This document shows, in pieces, positions 1 to 10,181 of a stretch of DNA of 64,000 nt. Below the pieces are notes generated by a model. It worked only from the letters and a program-made list of their open reading frames with translations. It did not search any database and was not told the DNA's origin. This DNA is from an uncultured Alphaproteobacteria bacterium (lineage in GTDB: Bacteria; Electryoneota; RPQS01): assembly GCA_964370805.1 (NCBI GenBank), contig CAYJKM010000002.1, positions 1,599 through 65,598 on the forward strand. Reading direction: 5' to 3'. Both the position numbers and the translations under genes were made by a program. Numbering within the stretch: position 1 is the stretch's first letter; each line of letters opens with the position of its first letter.

Positions 1-74
1 AAATTATTCACAAGACGACCTGCACATCCGAATTCGACTCAAAATGTCATATTAAGTTATTTTTTTACAATAGC

Positions 75-103
75 TTGCAAAAATCACTCAGTGCACTTAT
101 ATT
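75..103 (+). promoter_or_regulatory. Candidate sigma70-type promoter (TTGCAA-N17-TATATT) upstream of the first gene
   Basis: TTGCAA at 75-80 and TATATT at 98-103 with a 17-nt spacer, in an AT-rich leader about 155 nt upstream of the ATG at 258. By eye only. Confidence 0.3.
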
Positions 104-257
104 ACTTCACATTTCGTATGGCCCCCGGATTTCTCCGCCCTTGGTCATCGGGAATTTGCCCGTACCACCCACCTTTGCTCAACAGACCGTATTTCGGTCA
201 CGAGCGCTCAGGGTTACCGCACTGACAAACTCGCACTCCGTTTCTCATTGACTATCC

Positions 258-1025
258 ATGTGGGATTGGATCACGGCGTTGTATGAACTGCGATGCGAAG
301 GGAAACCGGCCGTGTTTGTCACGGTGTCCGGCGTTTCAGGCTCAACGCCTCGCGAGCCGGGCGCGAAGATGATCGTACTGCCGGACGGGACAATTCAGGG
401 GACGATTGGCGGCGGTCAGATTGAACAGCATGCGATTCGTGATGCGCTGGACTGCCTTGCCAAACTCGCGGGTGGATCATTCGAGTATCCGCTTACCGCC
501 ACGTCCGGTCAATGCTGCGGCGGGACCATGGAACTGTTGATGGAAGTTGTGAATGCGAATCCGCAGCTTTACATCTACGGAGCCGGACACGTGGGGCAGG
601 CGCTCTGCCGGGTGCTCGCCAATACGGTTTTTGTTGCGCACGTGATTGACCGGCGACCGGAGTGGATTGCTCACCCTGAAATGCCAACGCACGTAATCCG
701 GCATGAAAAGGCCTGGCAGGAGTTCAACGAATCGGCCGTCTGGGATCAGGAGCGGACCTACGTGGCGATCATGACTCCGGATCATGCCGAGGATTTTGAG
801 ATTGTGGCAGAGTTACTCAACCGGCCCTTGCGATATCTGGGCCTGATCGGGAGCCGTGCGAAGTGGACGCGGTTTCAGCGATCCCTGCTCGATCAAGGAT
901 TTCAACAGAGCCAACTTGATGTCGTCAAATGCCCGATCGGAGTGGGCGATACCGGGAAAGCGCCGGCTGAGATCGCCATCAGCATAGCGGCGGAATTGCT
1001 GCGAGACTACCATGCAAATCACTAA
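258..1025 (+). CDS. xdhC: XdhC/CoxI-family molybdoenzyme maturation (Moco insertion) protein
   Basis: 255 aa. The N-terminal XdhC_CoxI-like region (GKPAVFVTV...GGG...E) is followed by a Rossmann-like XdhC C-terminal region (YIYGAGHVGQAL...IGSRAK). It sits upstream of MocA and in the same cluster as a XDH-family molybdoenzyme. Confidence 0.75.
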   Translation: MWDWITALYELRCEGKPAVFVTVSGVSGSTPREPGAKMIVLPDGTIQGTIGGGQIEQHAIRDALDCLAKLAGGSFEYPLTATSGQCCGGTMELLMEVVNANPQLYIYGAGHVGQALCRVLANTVFVAHVIDRRPEWIAHPEMPTHVIRHEKAWQEFNESAVWDQERTYVAIMTPDHAEDFEIVAELLNRPLRYLGLIGSRAKWTRFQRSLLDQGFQQSQLDVVKCPIGVGDTGKAPAEIAISIAAELLRDYHANH

Positions 1026-1674
1026 CGTGCCGTTGATCCTGCCGGCAGCGGGAAAGTCAAGCCGTTTGGGAAGCCCCAAAGGACTTAAAGAGCTGTATGG
1101 GCAGAAGTGGTTCGAGATTCAGTGCACGGCATTCCAGCAGGCGGGTGGACAAGCAGTATTTCTCGTTTTGGGTTATCACCGCGATGCCTATCTCGACGCG
1201 CTCGGCGCAACAGCAGAGCGCTTACCCGTAACACTCTCGATCAAGGGCTGCCAAGTTACAGTCCTGCACAATCCGCAGCCGGAATTGGGGCCCTTCTCTT
1301 CTCTGCAAGCTGCCTGCAGATTGATTGTGAAACACGAAAGCTCCCCGGCCGCCTTCTATTTGCCAATTGACACTCCGGCGCCGTCCTCGGAGGTTTTTGA
1401 GATGCTGGTCAAGGCGCTTGAACCGGGTGTCCACGCCGTAGAGCCCCGCCTGGGCGGCGCAGGCGGACATCCGGTTCTGATCGATCGCAAGTTCATTCAG
1501 GATATTTTGACATTACAAGTCGATCACCCGCAGTCAAGGCTTGACCTTCTGATGCGTAACGCTCGTGCCAAGGGAGAAGTGGCTGCCGTCGCGGTGGACG
1601 ATGAACGCGTGATCATGAATTTGAATGATGCCGAGGCCTGGGAGCTGTATTCCAACGTGGTGATCAATCGATGA
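1012..1674 (+). CDS. mocA: Molybdenum cofactor cytidylyl/guanylyl-transferase (MobA/MocA family)
   Basis: 220 aa. The N-terminal nucleotidyltransferase motif LILPAAGKSSRLGSPKGL is typical of the MobA/MocA family. It overlaps the xdhC stop. Confidence 0.75.
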   Translation: MQITNVPLILPAAGKSSRLGSPKGLKELYGQKWFEIQCTAFQQAGGQAVFLVLGYHRDAYLDALGATAERLPVTLSIKGCQVTVLHNPQPELGPFSSLQAACRLIVKHESSPAAFYLPIDTPAPSSEVFEMLVKALEPGVHAVEPRLGGAGGHPVLIDRKFIQDILTLQVDHPQSRLDLLMRNARAKGEVAAVAVDDERVIMNLNDAEAWELYSNVVINR

Positions 1675-2867
1675 GTACACAGACGCTGTCTGCATCCGGC
1701 CGCACGGTCGCGTTGAGCCATGCCGTCCGACAGGCCAAGGACCTGTTCGAGGATCTCTCGTTCGGCTATGCATCGCAGTGGAAATCAAAGGACTCCGCGC
1801 GGCGCGTGATCGGTTACCTTCCCATGTATGTTCCACGCGAGGTGATGCATGCGCTGAACATGCTGCCGGTGGGGCTGTTCGGCGCCGGCGACCGCATTCC
1901 GGTGGTGCGCGGCGACGCGTATTTCCAGTCCTACATCTGTCATTTGCCCCGCACGGTGATCGAAATGGCCATGAGCCGGCGGCTGGACGTCATGGACGGC
2001 TTTCTGTTCCCGGCCATCTGCGATGTGATCCGGAATCTGTCGGGAATCTTTCAACTCACGTACAAGGATAAGCTGATTCGCTATCTGGATTTCCCGCAGA
2101 ATTTTGAGGCCATCGTGGGAGGTGCATTCTACGAGCGGGAGTTGCTGCAGTTATGCGATGACTTGGGCCGGTTGAACGGGCAGAACATCCGGACGTCGAC
2201 ACTCAATCAGGCGATCACGCTCTACAACGAGAATCGCCGGTTGGTGAACGAACTCAGCGACTTCCGCTCGGAATATCCTCACAAGCTGGGCGCGGTGGAG
2301 TTTTACCTGATCACGCGGGCGGGCTGTGTCATGACGGTGGAAGATCACAACGATTACATCGGCCGGGTGCTGGAGCTGGCCGATCGCGTCGAAGCGGAAG
2401 CGGAAGACAAGATCCGCGTGGTGATTTCGGGCGCGTTCTGCGAGCAGCCGCCGCTGGGGCTGATCAAGACCATCGAGAACGCAGGCTGCTACATTGTGGA
2501 CGATGACTTTCAACTCGGTCTCAAGTGGATCAAAGGAATGATTCCCGACCATACGGACGATCCGATCGGCGCCCTGGTGGAAGCGTATCTTACGCGGAGC
2601 ACGTTCTCTTCAGCCGTCTATGACGGCAATGATCCCAAGGGTCAACACCTGGAAGAGCAAGTCCGCGATCGCCGCGCCGACGGAGTGATCTTCTGCGCGC
2701 CGAGTTTTTGCGATCCGGCCCTGCTCGACCGGCCGATTCTGGAAAAGGCCATGGATCGCAGTCACATCCGGCACATCAGTTTTCAATATCACGAGAACCT
2801 GGGACAGTTCCATGTGGTCAAGGAACAGGCCGGAACGTTTGCCGACATGATCAAACTCTGGGATTGA
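1671..2867 (+). CDS. bcrC: Benzoyl-CoA reductase subunit C-like (2-hydroxyacyl-CoA dehydratase HgdB/BcrC/BadD family)
   Basis: 398 aa from the HGD-D family (IGYLPMYVPREVMHA...). ATGA overlap with mocA. It is followed by a second HGD-D protein and two BadF/BadG/BcrA/BcrD ATPases in the CBAD order. Confidence 0.7.
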   Translation: MSTQTLSASGRTVALSHAVRQAKDLFEDLSFGYASQWKSKDSARRVIGYLPMYVPREVMHALNMLPVGLFGAGDRIPVVRGDAYFQSYICHLPRTVIEMAMSRRLDVMDGFLFPAICDVIRNLSGIFQLTYKDKLIRYLDFPQNFEAIVGGAFYERELLQLCDDLGRLNGQNIRTSTLNQAITLYNENRRLVNELSDFRSEYPHKLGAVEFYLITRAGCVMTVEDHNDYIGRVLELADRVEAEAEDKIRVVISGAFCEQPPLGLIKTIENAGCYIVDDDFQLGLKWIKGMIPDHTDDPIGALVEAYLTRSTFSSAVYDGNDPKGQHLEEQVRDRRADGVIFCAPSFCDPALLDRPILEKAMDRSHIRHISFQYHENLGQFHVVKEQAGTFADMIKLWD

Positions 2868-2869
2868 CG

Positions 2870-4159
2870 ATGGGAGTTCAAAAAGAACTCAGTATGATCA
2901 AGCAGAAGCAGATGCTCGCTGATCATTTTATGGCCCTGTCACAGGTGCGCGAGACCGGCAAGAAGATTGTCTATACTTTCGTTCCCGGAAACCTGACCGA
3001 GCTGATTACCGCTTTCGACACGCTGCCGGTCTATCCGGAGATCAATTCGCTGCAATCGGGAATGCGCCAGCGGTCACGCGACTTTATTCGCGAAGCGGAA
3101 GACGTCGGTTATCCCGAGGACGTTTGCTCGTATGTCAAGTGCGACATCGGCATGATGCTGCAAGGGAACGTCGGGCCGACCGATCAGCTGCTGCCCTCAC
3201 CCGACTTGCTGCTGCTCAGCTACACGGGCTGCTTCGTGTTCATGAAATGGTTTGAGAATCTGCGGCATTTGTATCCGAAGGCGGAAATCGCCATGCTGCA
3301 CATCCCCTATCAGGCGAATGGCCGCGTGGAACCGTCGGCCGTGCAGTATGTAGTGGATCAGTTGAAGACGGAAGTTATCCCCAAGTTCGAAAAAGTGTGC
3401 GGCTACAAATTTGATGAGCACGTGCTGGCGCAGTGCATGTCGAACTCTGCGGCGGCGGAGGATCTCCTCATCAAGGTCTTCGAATCGGCCAAGCACAAGC
3501 CCTCGCCGATTGACGCTTATTTCGGCGGCGTGTATTACATCGGGCCAATCTTCACGTCGTTTCGCGGCTCGCAGGAATGCGTGGAGTATTACGAAGAACT
3601 TTGGAAGGAAGTGCAGGAGCGCATCGCAAAGAAGGAAGGACCGATCACGCCGGATGGAGTTATCCCCGAGGAGAAGTACCGGCTGGTCGTGGAAGGGCCG
3701 CCGAACTGGACCCATCTGCGGGAGTTCTGGAAATTATTCTATGACCATGGAGCTGTGTTCGTGGGATCCACATACACGCGGGTGGGCGGCGTTTATGATT
3801 ACGGCTTCCGGCATTCGCCGGATGATCCGCTCCGCAGCTTGGCGGAATACTGCATGGGCTGCTACACGAACCGCAACCTGCCGCAGCGAATCGACCTGAT
3901 CGAAAAATTCATTGACGACGGCGACGCCGATGGACTCGTGATCAACTCCATCAAGAGTTGCAATTCCTTTTCGGCCGGACAGTTGGCGATGATGAGGGAT
4001 ATCGAGCAGCGCCGTGGCATTCCGGTGGGGTTCATTGAGACCGACTTGGTCGATCCGCGCTACTATTCCACTTCCAATGTCAAGAACCGTCTCGATTCGT
4101 TCTTTCAGATGCTGGAACAGCGCAAGGAACTGACGAGGCCCAAGAGGGTGACGGCATGA
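2870..4159 (+). CDS. bcrB: Benzoyl-CoA reductase subunit B-like (HgdA/BcrB/BadE family)
   Basis: About 430 aa from the true ATG at 2870 (MGVQKELSMIKQKQMLADHFMAL...). The longer listed ORF starting at 2708 overlaps bcrC and is an artefact. This is the HGD-D family partner subunit. Confidence 0.7.
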   Translation: MGVQKELSMIKQKQMLADHFMALSQVRETGKKIVYTFVPGNLTELITAFDTLPVYPEINSLQSGMRQRSRDFIREAEDVGYPEDVCSYVKCDIGMMLQGNVGPTDQLLPSPDLLLLSYTGCFVFMKWFENLRHLYPKAEIAMLHIPYQANGRVEPSAVQYVVDQLKTEVIPKFEKVCGYKFDEHVLAQCMSNSAAAEDLLIKVFESAKHKPSPIDAYFGGVYYIGPIFTSFRGSQECVEYYEELWKEVQERIAKKEGPITPDGVIPEEKYRLVVEGPPNWTHLREFWKLFYDHGAVFVGSTYTRVGGVYDYGFRHSPDDPLRSLAEYCMGCYTNRNLPQRIDLIEKFIDDGDADGLVINSIKSCNSFSAGQLAMMRDIEQRRGIPVGFIETDLVDPRYYSTSNVKNRLDSFFQMLEQRKELTRPKRVTA

Positions 4160-5439
4160 GTGTTTACCTCGGGATAGACCTTGGATCAACGACGTCAAAG
4201 GCCATCATGATTGACGAGCGCGGCGTGATCATCGGCCGGGGCATCACGAATACCCGTTCAGACTACACCGTGGCCGCGGAAATTGCGCGCATGGATGCCG
4301 AATTCGACTCGCGCTTCTCGCTGCTGCGCACGCGCGTGGCAGACCGCAACGGACTTGCGGTCTGGCCGGAGGTCTTCACACTGCTGGAGAATCGGTTTCA
4401 CTACTTCCAATTCCTGAAGCGCTTCGAGAGTCTTTCCACCGCGATGCTGGCGCATGCCCGCGAGCGCGGGAAAACGAATGCGCACCTTGCCGCCAAACTG
4501 GGCGACGTCCTGCCGCAGGTGCACGAGACGGTGCAGGCCCGGTTCCTGCGCGGGGAAGTACGCAGTTCGTCCGAGTTCTTCCGGGACCTGTTCAGCAGCG
4601 CGTTCATGAAGACGATTGAGCACTATGATCGCAGCCTCTTCGATGAACTGGTCGCCGTGTATGACCGCTCCATCAACCCGGTGGAGAATCAGTTGGTCGC
4701 GTTCGATTTTGCGGACTTGCTGAGTCACGCTCTTGATCTGCTGCCGGACGACTGCGCGCCGGCTCGGCCGGTGATTGCTCAGTATCTGCCCGAGGTGGCG
4801 GCGCAAACATTCGAACCCGATGATTATATCGGCACCGGCTATGGGCGGCAGCTGCTGCCGTTCGAACAAAAACATATCAAGTCCGAAATCCTGTGTCACG
4901 CGCTCGGCGCCCATGCCTTCTTTCCGCAGACGCGCACCGTTCTTGATATCGGCGGGCAAGACACGAAAGCGATTCAGGTGGATGAACATGGGCTGGTGAC
5001 AAGCTTCCAGATGAATGACCGCTGCGCCGCAGGCTGCGGGCGGTACCTCGGCTACATTGCCGACGAAATGAGCATCAGCGTCAGTGAACTCGGTCCGCTG
5101 GCGATGGACGCCGATCATGAAACAAATATTTGCAGTACGTGTACCGTGTTTGCCGGAGCCGAACTGCGCGAACAACTCAATCTGGGCGAGCGCAAGGAGA
5201 ACGTGCTCGCGGGCTTGCACCTGGCCATTGTGCAGCGCGCGTATGCCTTACTGGCGAGGTCGGGCGGCGTCCACAATGAATTTACGTTTACCGGCGGCGT
5301 GGCGCGCAATCAGGCTGTGGTCAAGTATGTGAGCCAGATGGCCCGGCAGAACTACGGCGACGTGACGATCAACATCCATCCGGACTCCATTTTCATGGGC
5401 GCGCTCGGAGCGGCGATCTTCTGTTTGAGAAGGACGTAG
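4156..5439 (+). CDS. bcrA: Benzoyl-CoA reductase ATPase subunit A-like (BadF/BadG/BcrA/BcrD ATPase family)
   Basis: 427 aa. N-terminal GIDLGSTTSKAIMID is an ASKHA-fold phosphate-1 motif. A central CAAGCGRYLG motif is typical of the Fe-S bridging Cys of this ATPase family. ATGA overlap with bcrB. Confidence 0.75.
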   Translation: MSVYLGIDLGSTTSKAIMIDERGVIIGRGITNTRSDYTVAAEIARMDAEFDSRFSLLRTRVADRNGLAVWPEVFTLLENRFHYFQFLKRFESLSTAMLAHARERGKTNAHLAAKLGDVLPQVHETVQARFLRGEVRSSSEFFRDLFSSAFMKTIEHYDRSLFDELVAVYDRSINPVENQLVAFDFADLLSHALDLLPDDCAPARPVIAQYLPEVAAQTFEPDDYIGTGYGRQLLPFEQKHIKSEILCHALGAHAFFPQTRTVLDIGGQDTKAIQVDEHGLVTSFQMNDRCAAGCGRYLGYIADEMSISVSELGPLAMDADHETNICSTCTVFAGAELREQLNLGERKENVLAGLHLAIVQRAYALLARSGGVHNEFTFTGGVARNQAVVKYVSQMARQNYGDVTINIHPDSIFMGALGAAIFCLRRT

Positions 5440-5443
5440 GCAC

Positions 5444-6265
5444 ATGAACTACACGCTGGGCATCGACGTCGGGAGCAGTTTCATCAAGTTTGCGCTGGTT
5501 GAGTACAGCGAGAATCCGCTCGTCGTCGAGATTATCAACGAGAAGGTGCGCAAGCGCAATCCGACGCACGTCATCGAACGGGTGGCGGGGGAATTGCTGG
5601 AACGGCACGACCTGACCTTCGACAGCCTGGCGTACGTCGCGTCAACCGGTGAAGGGGAGCTGGTCCCGCGGAAGCGCGGGCACTTCTACAGCATGACGAC
5701 TCACGCCCGGGGAGCATGGCACTACCATCCGGGGATCCGTTCGGTCGTTGACCTCGGGGCGTTGTTCAGCAGAGTCATTTCGCTGGAAGAAGGAGCCCGG
5801 GTGCACAACTATATGATGACGGGACAGTGTGCGTCAGGCTCAGGCCAATTTCTGGAGAACATCTCGCGTTACCTTGGTCTGACGCTCGAAGAAATCGGCC
5901 CGCTGTCGCTCGAGTCCACGAATCCCGCGGCAACCAGCGGAATCTGCGCGGTGCTGGCCGAGACCGATGTGATTAACATGGTGTCACAGGGAATTCCCAC
6001 CCCGGATATCATCAAGGGGATTCATCTTTCGGTAGCGCGGCGGATTGTGCGGCTGATGAGAAAACTTAAGGTGCAGTCACCGGTCGCGCTGACCGGCGGC
6101 ATGGCGATGGACATCGGACTGGTGGCCGCGCTGCGGGAATTGGTGGAGGAATCCGACATGGACGTGGAGATCTTTGCGGCCACGAACTGCGCGGCGGCCG
6201 GAGCCGTCGGAGCAGCCATTTGGGGCGGATACCGGTACGCCAAGCTGCAGGAAATAACGGCATGA
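5444..6265 (+). CDS. bcrD: Benzoyl-CoA reductase ATPase subunit D-like (BadF/BadG/BcrA/BcrD ATPase family)
   Basis: 273 aa. N-terminal GIDVGSSFIKFALV, and the size matches the small ATPase subunit. Confidence 0.7.
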   Translation: MNYTLGIDVGSSFIKFALVEYSENPLVVEIINEKVRKRNPTHVIERVAGELLERHDLTFDSLAYVASTGEGELVPRKRGHFYSMTTHARGAWHYHPGIRSVVDLGALFSRVISLEEGARVHNYMMTGQCASGSGQFLENISRYLGLTLEEIGPLSLESTNPAATSGICAVLAETDVINMVSQGIPTPDIIKGIHLSVARRIVRLMRKLKVQSPVALTGGMAMDIGLVAALRELVEESDMDVEIFAATNCAAAGAVGAAIWGGYRYAKLQEITA

Positions 6266-7992
6266 CGGTGCAACTGATGCAAGCCGAGCTGCCGCTGCGT
6301 GCGTATGCGCCGAATCTGGCGCGGATGCTCACAGACAATACCCTGCGTTTTGCAGACCGGCCGGTGTACAAGGAAATGCGCAACGGGCATTATGCAGCGC
6401 TGACGTGGCTGCAGCTCCATGCGGACATCGGGTCGATTCAATCCGCCTTGGCAGAGCGGGGACTGCGGCGCGGAGATCGCGTCGCGATTGTCTCACGAAA
6501 TCGCCGGGAGATGCTGGAGTTGGAACTGGCGGTGATGTCGATGGGAGCAGTGGCGGTGCCGATTTTTCCTGCATATACTCCCGAGCAGACAGAGACGCTG
6601 GTGCAATTCTGCGAGCCGCGGTTTGTGGCCGTGGCGGAGCCGGTGCATTTCGATAAGATCGGAGCGCCGGAACGCTACGAGGGCGTGATCGCCTTTGAGC
6701 CCGTGAACAGCGGGAACGCCAGGAACGTCATTTCCTTTGAAGGCTTGCTGCATGCGGCAGCCTCTCAGGGCATCGTCGGCCATGACGTTTCGACCGACGC
6801 CGTGTGCCTGATGATGTACACGTCGGGGACGATGGGGAAACCGAAGTGCGTTCAGCTTACGCATCGCAATATTCTGTCGCAGCAGGCAGCCGGCAAAGAA
6901 CTGTGGCCGATTTCCGAGCAGGACCGGCTGCTCTCTTACTTGCCGTGGCACCACAGTTACGGCGGGATTTTCGAGAAGTACTCGGCGCTCGTCAACGGCG
7001 CCGTATTGCACCTTGAACATGGTTATGGCAAGAACATAGACACACTGCTCGAAAATTGGGGCAAGGTGCAGCCCACGGTCTTCTTCAGCGTGCCGATGAT
7101 TTATCAGGCGCTGGTGACTCGCGCCCGGCAGAATGCCGAAATTGAACGGCTTCTGTTTAGAGGTAATCTGCGGTTCGTGTTCACGGCGGCGGCGCCTCTG
7201 CCCAAGGCCCTTTCGGATGAATTCGAGAGCCGGGGGATTCATGTGTTGGAGGGTTGGGGACTGACAGAAACGTCGCCCTGCTGCACCGTAACCCGGCACG
7301 GCGCACCGCGACAGCCCGGCGTGGTCGGCAAGCCGATCCCCGGCGTGCAGGTCAAGCTGGAAGACGACGGAGAGATTCTGGTCAAAGGCCCGAATGTGAT
7401 GACCGGCTACTTCAAGAATCCGGAAGAGACCAGCAAGGTCTTCACGAAGGACGGCTGGTTCCGCACCGGTGACGTAGGTGAGATTAACGATCTGGGCTTG
7501 AAGCTGATTTCCCGAAAGGATCGCATTTTCAAGCTCAGTAATGCAGAGAAGGTCGTACCCTCGGAGATCGAAACGGTCATCACGCACGAATGCCCGTACC
7601 TGGCCTGGGCCTTTGTGACCGGCAGCGGCCGTGATCAGCCGGTGGCGCTTTTGTTTCCGAATCGAGCGATGTTCGCGCACATTCCGGAAGATGCGCGGCT
7701 GCCCAGCGGCTGCCAGTTCCCGCGCAATGTCACTCAACTTGCGGCGTGCTTGGACCGCTGTCTGTGTCAAGCCAACAGTCATCTCGACGCGGAGTTCTGC
7801 CGCGTGAACCGGGTGATGTTGATTGACCACGAGTTGACGATTGAAGCGGAGGAACTCACACCTTCCATGAAGCTGGCGCCTAATACGATCTACAGGGCAT
7901 TCAAAGCGAACATCGAACGGCTCTATGCCTTAGATCATGCGTCGGATGAGGTGTTTGCTGATCCTGTTTACATCATCAGATTGGACAAGTGA
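6262..7992 (+). CDS. AMP-dependent acyl-CoA synthetase/ligase (long-chain-acyl-CoA-synthetase-like AMP-binding motif)
   Basis: About 576 aa from the ATG at 6262 (ATGA overlap with bcrD). The AMP-binding signature MMYTSGTMGKPKCVQLTHRNIL and GWGLTET...GEI...G..V..GY are present. Substrate unknown. Confidence 0.75.
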   Translation: MTVQLMQAELPLRAYAPNLARMLTDNTLRFADRPVYKEMRNGHYAALTWLQLHADIGSIQSALAERGLRRGDRVAIVSRNRREMLELELAVMSMGAVAVPIFPAYTPEQTETLVQFCEPRFVAVAEPVHFDKIGAPERYEGVIAFEPVNSGNARNVISFEGLLHAAASQGIVGHDVSTDAVCLMMYTSGTMGKPKCVQLTHRNILSQQAAGKELWPISEQDRLLSYLPWHHSYGGIFEKYSALVNGAVLHLEHGYGKNIDTLLENWGKVQPTVFFSVPMIYQALVTRARQNAEIERLLFRGNLRFVFTAAAPLPKALSDEFESRGIHVLEGWGLTETSPCCTVTRHGAPRQPGVVGKPIPGVQVKLEDDGEILVKGPNVMTGYFKNPEETSKVFTKDGWFRTGDVGEINDLGLKLISRKDRIFKLSNAEKVVPSEIETVITHECPYLAWAFVTGSGRDQPVALLFPNRAMFAHIPEDARLPSGCQFPRNVTQLAACLDRCLCQANSHLDAEFCRVNRVMLIDHELTIEAEELTPSMKLAPNTIYRAFKANIERLYALDHASDEVFADPVYIIRLDK

Positions 7993-9191
7993 TGCCGCGC
8001 CTCCAGTGTCAGAACGAGATGAAGCCGGTGCTCGCGGCGTACTTCAAGAGCCTGAACTCCCCGCTGGCCTGGTGTACCAGTGCGGGACCGGCGGAAATTC
8101 TCAGGGCGCTGGGGTTTCAGGTTTACTTTCCGGAAAATCACGGGGCAATGCTGGGGGCTTCGCGGACGGCGCAGAAGTATATCCCACGCGCGAATACCGT
8201 GGGTTACTCGGGAGAAATCTGCTCCTATCTGACTTCCGATATCGGTGCCTGGCTGGCCCAGGAAACGCCGCTCGGCGATTACGGACTGAATGCGGTTCCC
8301 AAGCCTGACCTGATCGTATTCAACACCAATCAGTGCCGCGAAGTCGCGGAGTGGTTCAACTTCTACGGACGCGCGTACAACTGTCCTGTCGTCGGGATTT
8401 TCCCGCCGCGTCATCTGGAAGACGTTACGACGGCGGATCTGGACAACGTGGTCACCCAGTTTCGGCGGCTGATCGAGACGGGAGCAGCGATCATTGGCCG
8501 CCGGCTTGATCCCGCGCGGCTGCGCGAGACGGTAGACCTCAGCCGGGAGGGGACGCTGCTCTGGAAGCAGGCGCTCGCGACCGCACGCCATCACCCGGCG
8601 GTGCTGACGTTTTTCGACAGCACGATTCTGATGGCGCCGATTGTGATGCTGCGCGGAACGTCGGAATGTGTGAATTTCTATCAATCCGCGCTTACTGAAC
8701 TCCAACAGCTGGCGGCACGCGGAGCGGGGGCCGTTCCGCACGAAGTCATCCGATTGTATTGGGAAGGAATGCCCGTCTGGGGACGGCTGCGCGCCTTGTC
8801 AGAATTATTTGCGGCCAATGACGCGGCGATCGTCGCGTCAACATACTGCAACAGTTGGGTATTCGAGCAGCTCGATCCCGATCATCCGCTGGAATCACTG
8901 GCCCGCGCCTACACCGAGATCTTCATCAATCGCGGCGAGAACGCGAAGCTTGAGTATTTGAAGCGCATGCTTGTCGAGTACGACGCACAGGGAGTCATTT
9001 TCCACGACGCCAAGACCTGCTTCAATAACTCCAACAGCCGGTTCGGGCTTCCGTTTCGGCTGCAACAGGAGACGGGCATCAGCACGCTCACGATTGACGG
9101 GGATTTGAATGACTTGAGATTCTATGCGGACGGCAGAAACCAGACCAAGATCGAGACTTTTATCGCGCAACTCGCAGCGTTGGTATCCTAA
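7992..9191 (+). CDS. Lone HgdB-like (2-hydroxyacyl-CoA dehydratase family) protein; possible double-cubane-cluster-type protein
   Basis: About 399 aa with HGD-D family features and many conserved-looking Cys residues. There is no partner HgdA-like gene adjacent, but an activase-type ATPase lies 1 kb downstream. Confidence 0.55.
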   Translation: MPRLQCQNEMKPVLAAYFKSLNSPLAWCTSAGPAEILRALGFQVYFPENHGAMLGASRTAQKYIPRANTVGYSGEICSYLTSDIGAWLAQETPLGDYGLNAVPKPDLIVFNTNQCREVAEWFNFYGRAYNCPVVGIFPPRHLEDVTTADLDNVVTQFRRLIETGAAIIGRRLDPARLRETVDLSREGTLLWKQALATARHHPAVLTFFDSTILMAPIVMLRGTSECVNFYQSALTELQQLAARGAGAVPHEVIRLYWEGMPVWGRLRALSELFAANDAAIVASTYCNSWVFEQLDPDHPLESLARAYTEIFINRGENAKLEYLKRMLVEYDAQGVIFHDAKTCFNNSNSRFGLPFRLQQETGISTLTIDGDLNDLRFYADGRNQTKIETFIAQLAALVS

Positions 9192-9221
9192 TTCGAGGCA
9201 GGACAACAGGTCCGGAGGTGC

Positions 9222-10181
9222 ATGGTGGCATTCGCGAACAACAATAATGGATTGAGAGTCGGAGTGATCGGGTTGGGGCCGGTCGGGTGTATCCTGGCGG
9301 CGCACCTGATCGAGGGCGGAGCGCACGTGGCCGTCTGTGATATTCTCATCGACCGCGTCGACGCCATTCGCAAGAACGGCATCGATCTTACCTACACGTT
9401 TGAAAAGCACGTAGACGTCCGGGAAGCCTGCTACTCGCCGCAAGAGTTGGAGATGTACGACCTGGATCTCATCGTGATTGCCGTCAAGACTCCCAACCTT
9501 AGAAAAGTGATCGGCCAACTCGGTGAAATCGGGTGCGACAAGTTCTACGTCATGTGCGCGCAGAATGGGATTGATAATGAGCTGGAGGTCGCGCGGGCGT
9601 TCGGCGATGCCCGGACGATGCGCATGGTGATCAATTTCGCCGGGAACATGGTGAATCAGCATACCGTGCACGCCAGCTTCTTCAATCCGCCGAACTACGT
9701 TGCGCCGCTGCTTTTGGACGGCGGCGGAACCGTAGCAACGCAATTTGTGGAGACTCTGAACCGCTCCGGGCTGCTGATGGACATCCCTGAAGACATCCAG
9801 GACTATGTCTGGGAAAAGGCGATCTTGAATTCGGCGCTGAGCGCGCTGTGCGCCATTGCGCGACGCACGATGAAAGACGTCATGGATTTTCCGTCGACGT
9901 TTGACCTGGTGGAAGCACTCATCGACGAATCGGTGCGGGTGGCCGAGGCCGAGGGCATCAACCTGGGCAAGAAATTCAGACGGTTTTCGATTCGCTATCT
10001 GAAGAATGCCGGTCACCACCGTCCCTCCATGCTGGTGGACCTCGAACTCGGGCACCCGACGGAGATCGATTTTCTGAACGGCCGGATCATGGAATACGGA
10101 CGCAAACACTGCGTACCGACGCCGCTGAACCAATCCGTTGCCGCGTTAATCTCCTTGCTTCAGAACTCGCGGAATTCATGA
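9222..10181 (+). CDS. 2-dehydropantoate 2-reductase (ApbA/PanE) family NAD(P)H oxidoreductase
   Basis: 319 aa. N-terminal Rossmann motif VGVIGLGPVGCILAAHL, and ApbA_C-like C-terminal half. Confidence 0.6.
   Translation: MVAFANNNNGLRVGVIGLGPVGCILAAHLIEGGAHVAVCDILIDRVDAIRKNGIDLTYTFEKHVDVREACYSPQELEMYDLDLIVIAVKTPNLRKVIGQLGEIGCDKFYVMCAQNGIDNELEVARAFGDARTMRMVINFAGNMVNQHTVHASFFNPPNYVAPLLLDGGGTVATQFVETLNRSGLLMDIPEDIQDYVWEKAILNSALSALCAIARRTMKDVMDFPSTFDLVEALIDESVRVAEAEGINLGKKFRRFSIRYLKNAGHHRPSMLVDLELGHPTEIDFLNGRIMEYGRKHCVPTPLNQSVAALISLLQNSRNS

Noticed and set aside
2708-2869. N-terminal 54-codon extension of the listed 2708-4159 ORF overlapping bcrC
   Set aside because: The extension (MRSGPARPADSGKGHGS...) is low-complexity and overlaps the bcrC 3' end in another frame. 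The ATG at 2870 sits 3 nt after the bcrC stop and begins recognisable HGD-D family sequence.
6493-7830. Minus-strand ORF of 445 aa antisense to the acyl-CoA ligase. The same pattern holds for 8895-10133, 11024-12094, 15229-16869, 32735-33667, 40700-41647, 41657-42553, 49911-50933 and 57385-58284.
   Set aside because: All lie fully inside strongly supported + strand genes with recognisable domains. Their translations are Arg-, Pro- or Ala-rich low-complexity, typical of spurious antisense frames in high-GC DNA. None shows a motif.
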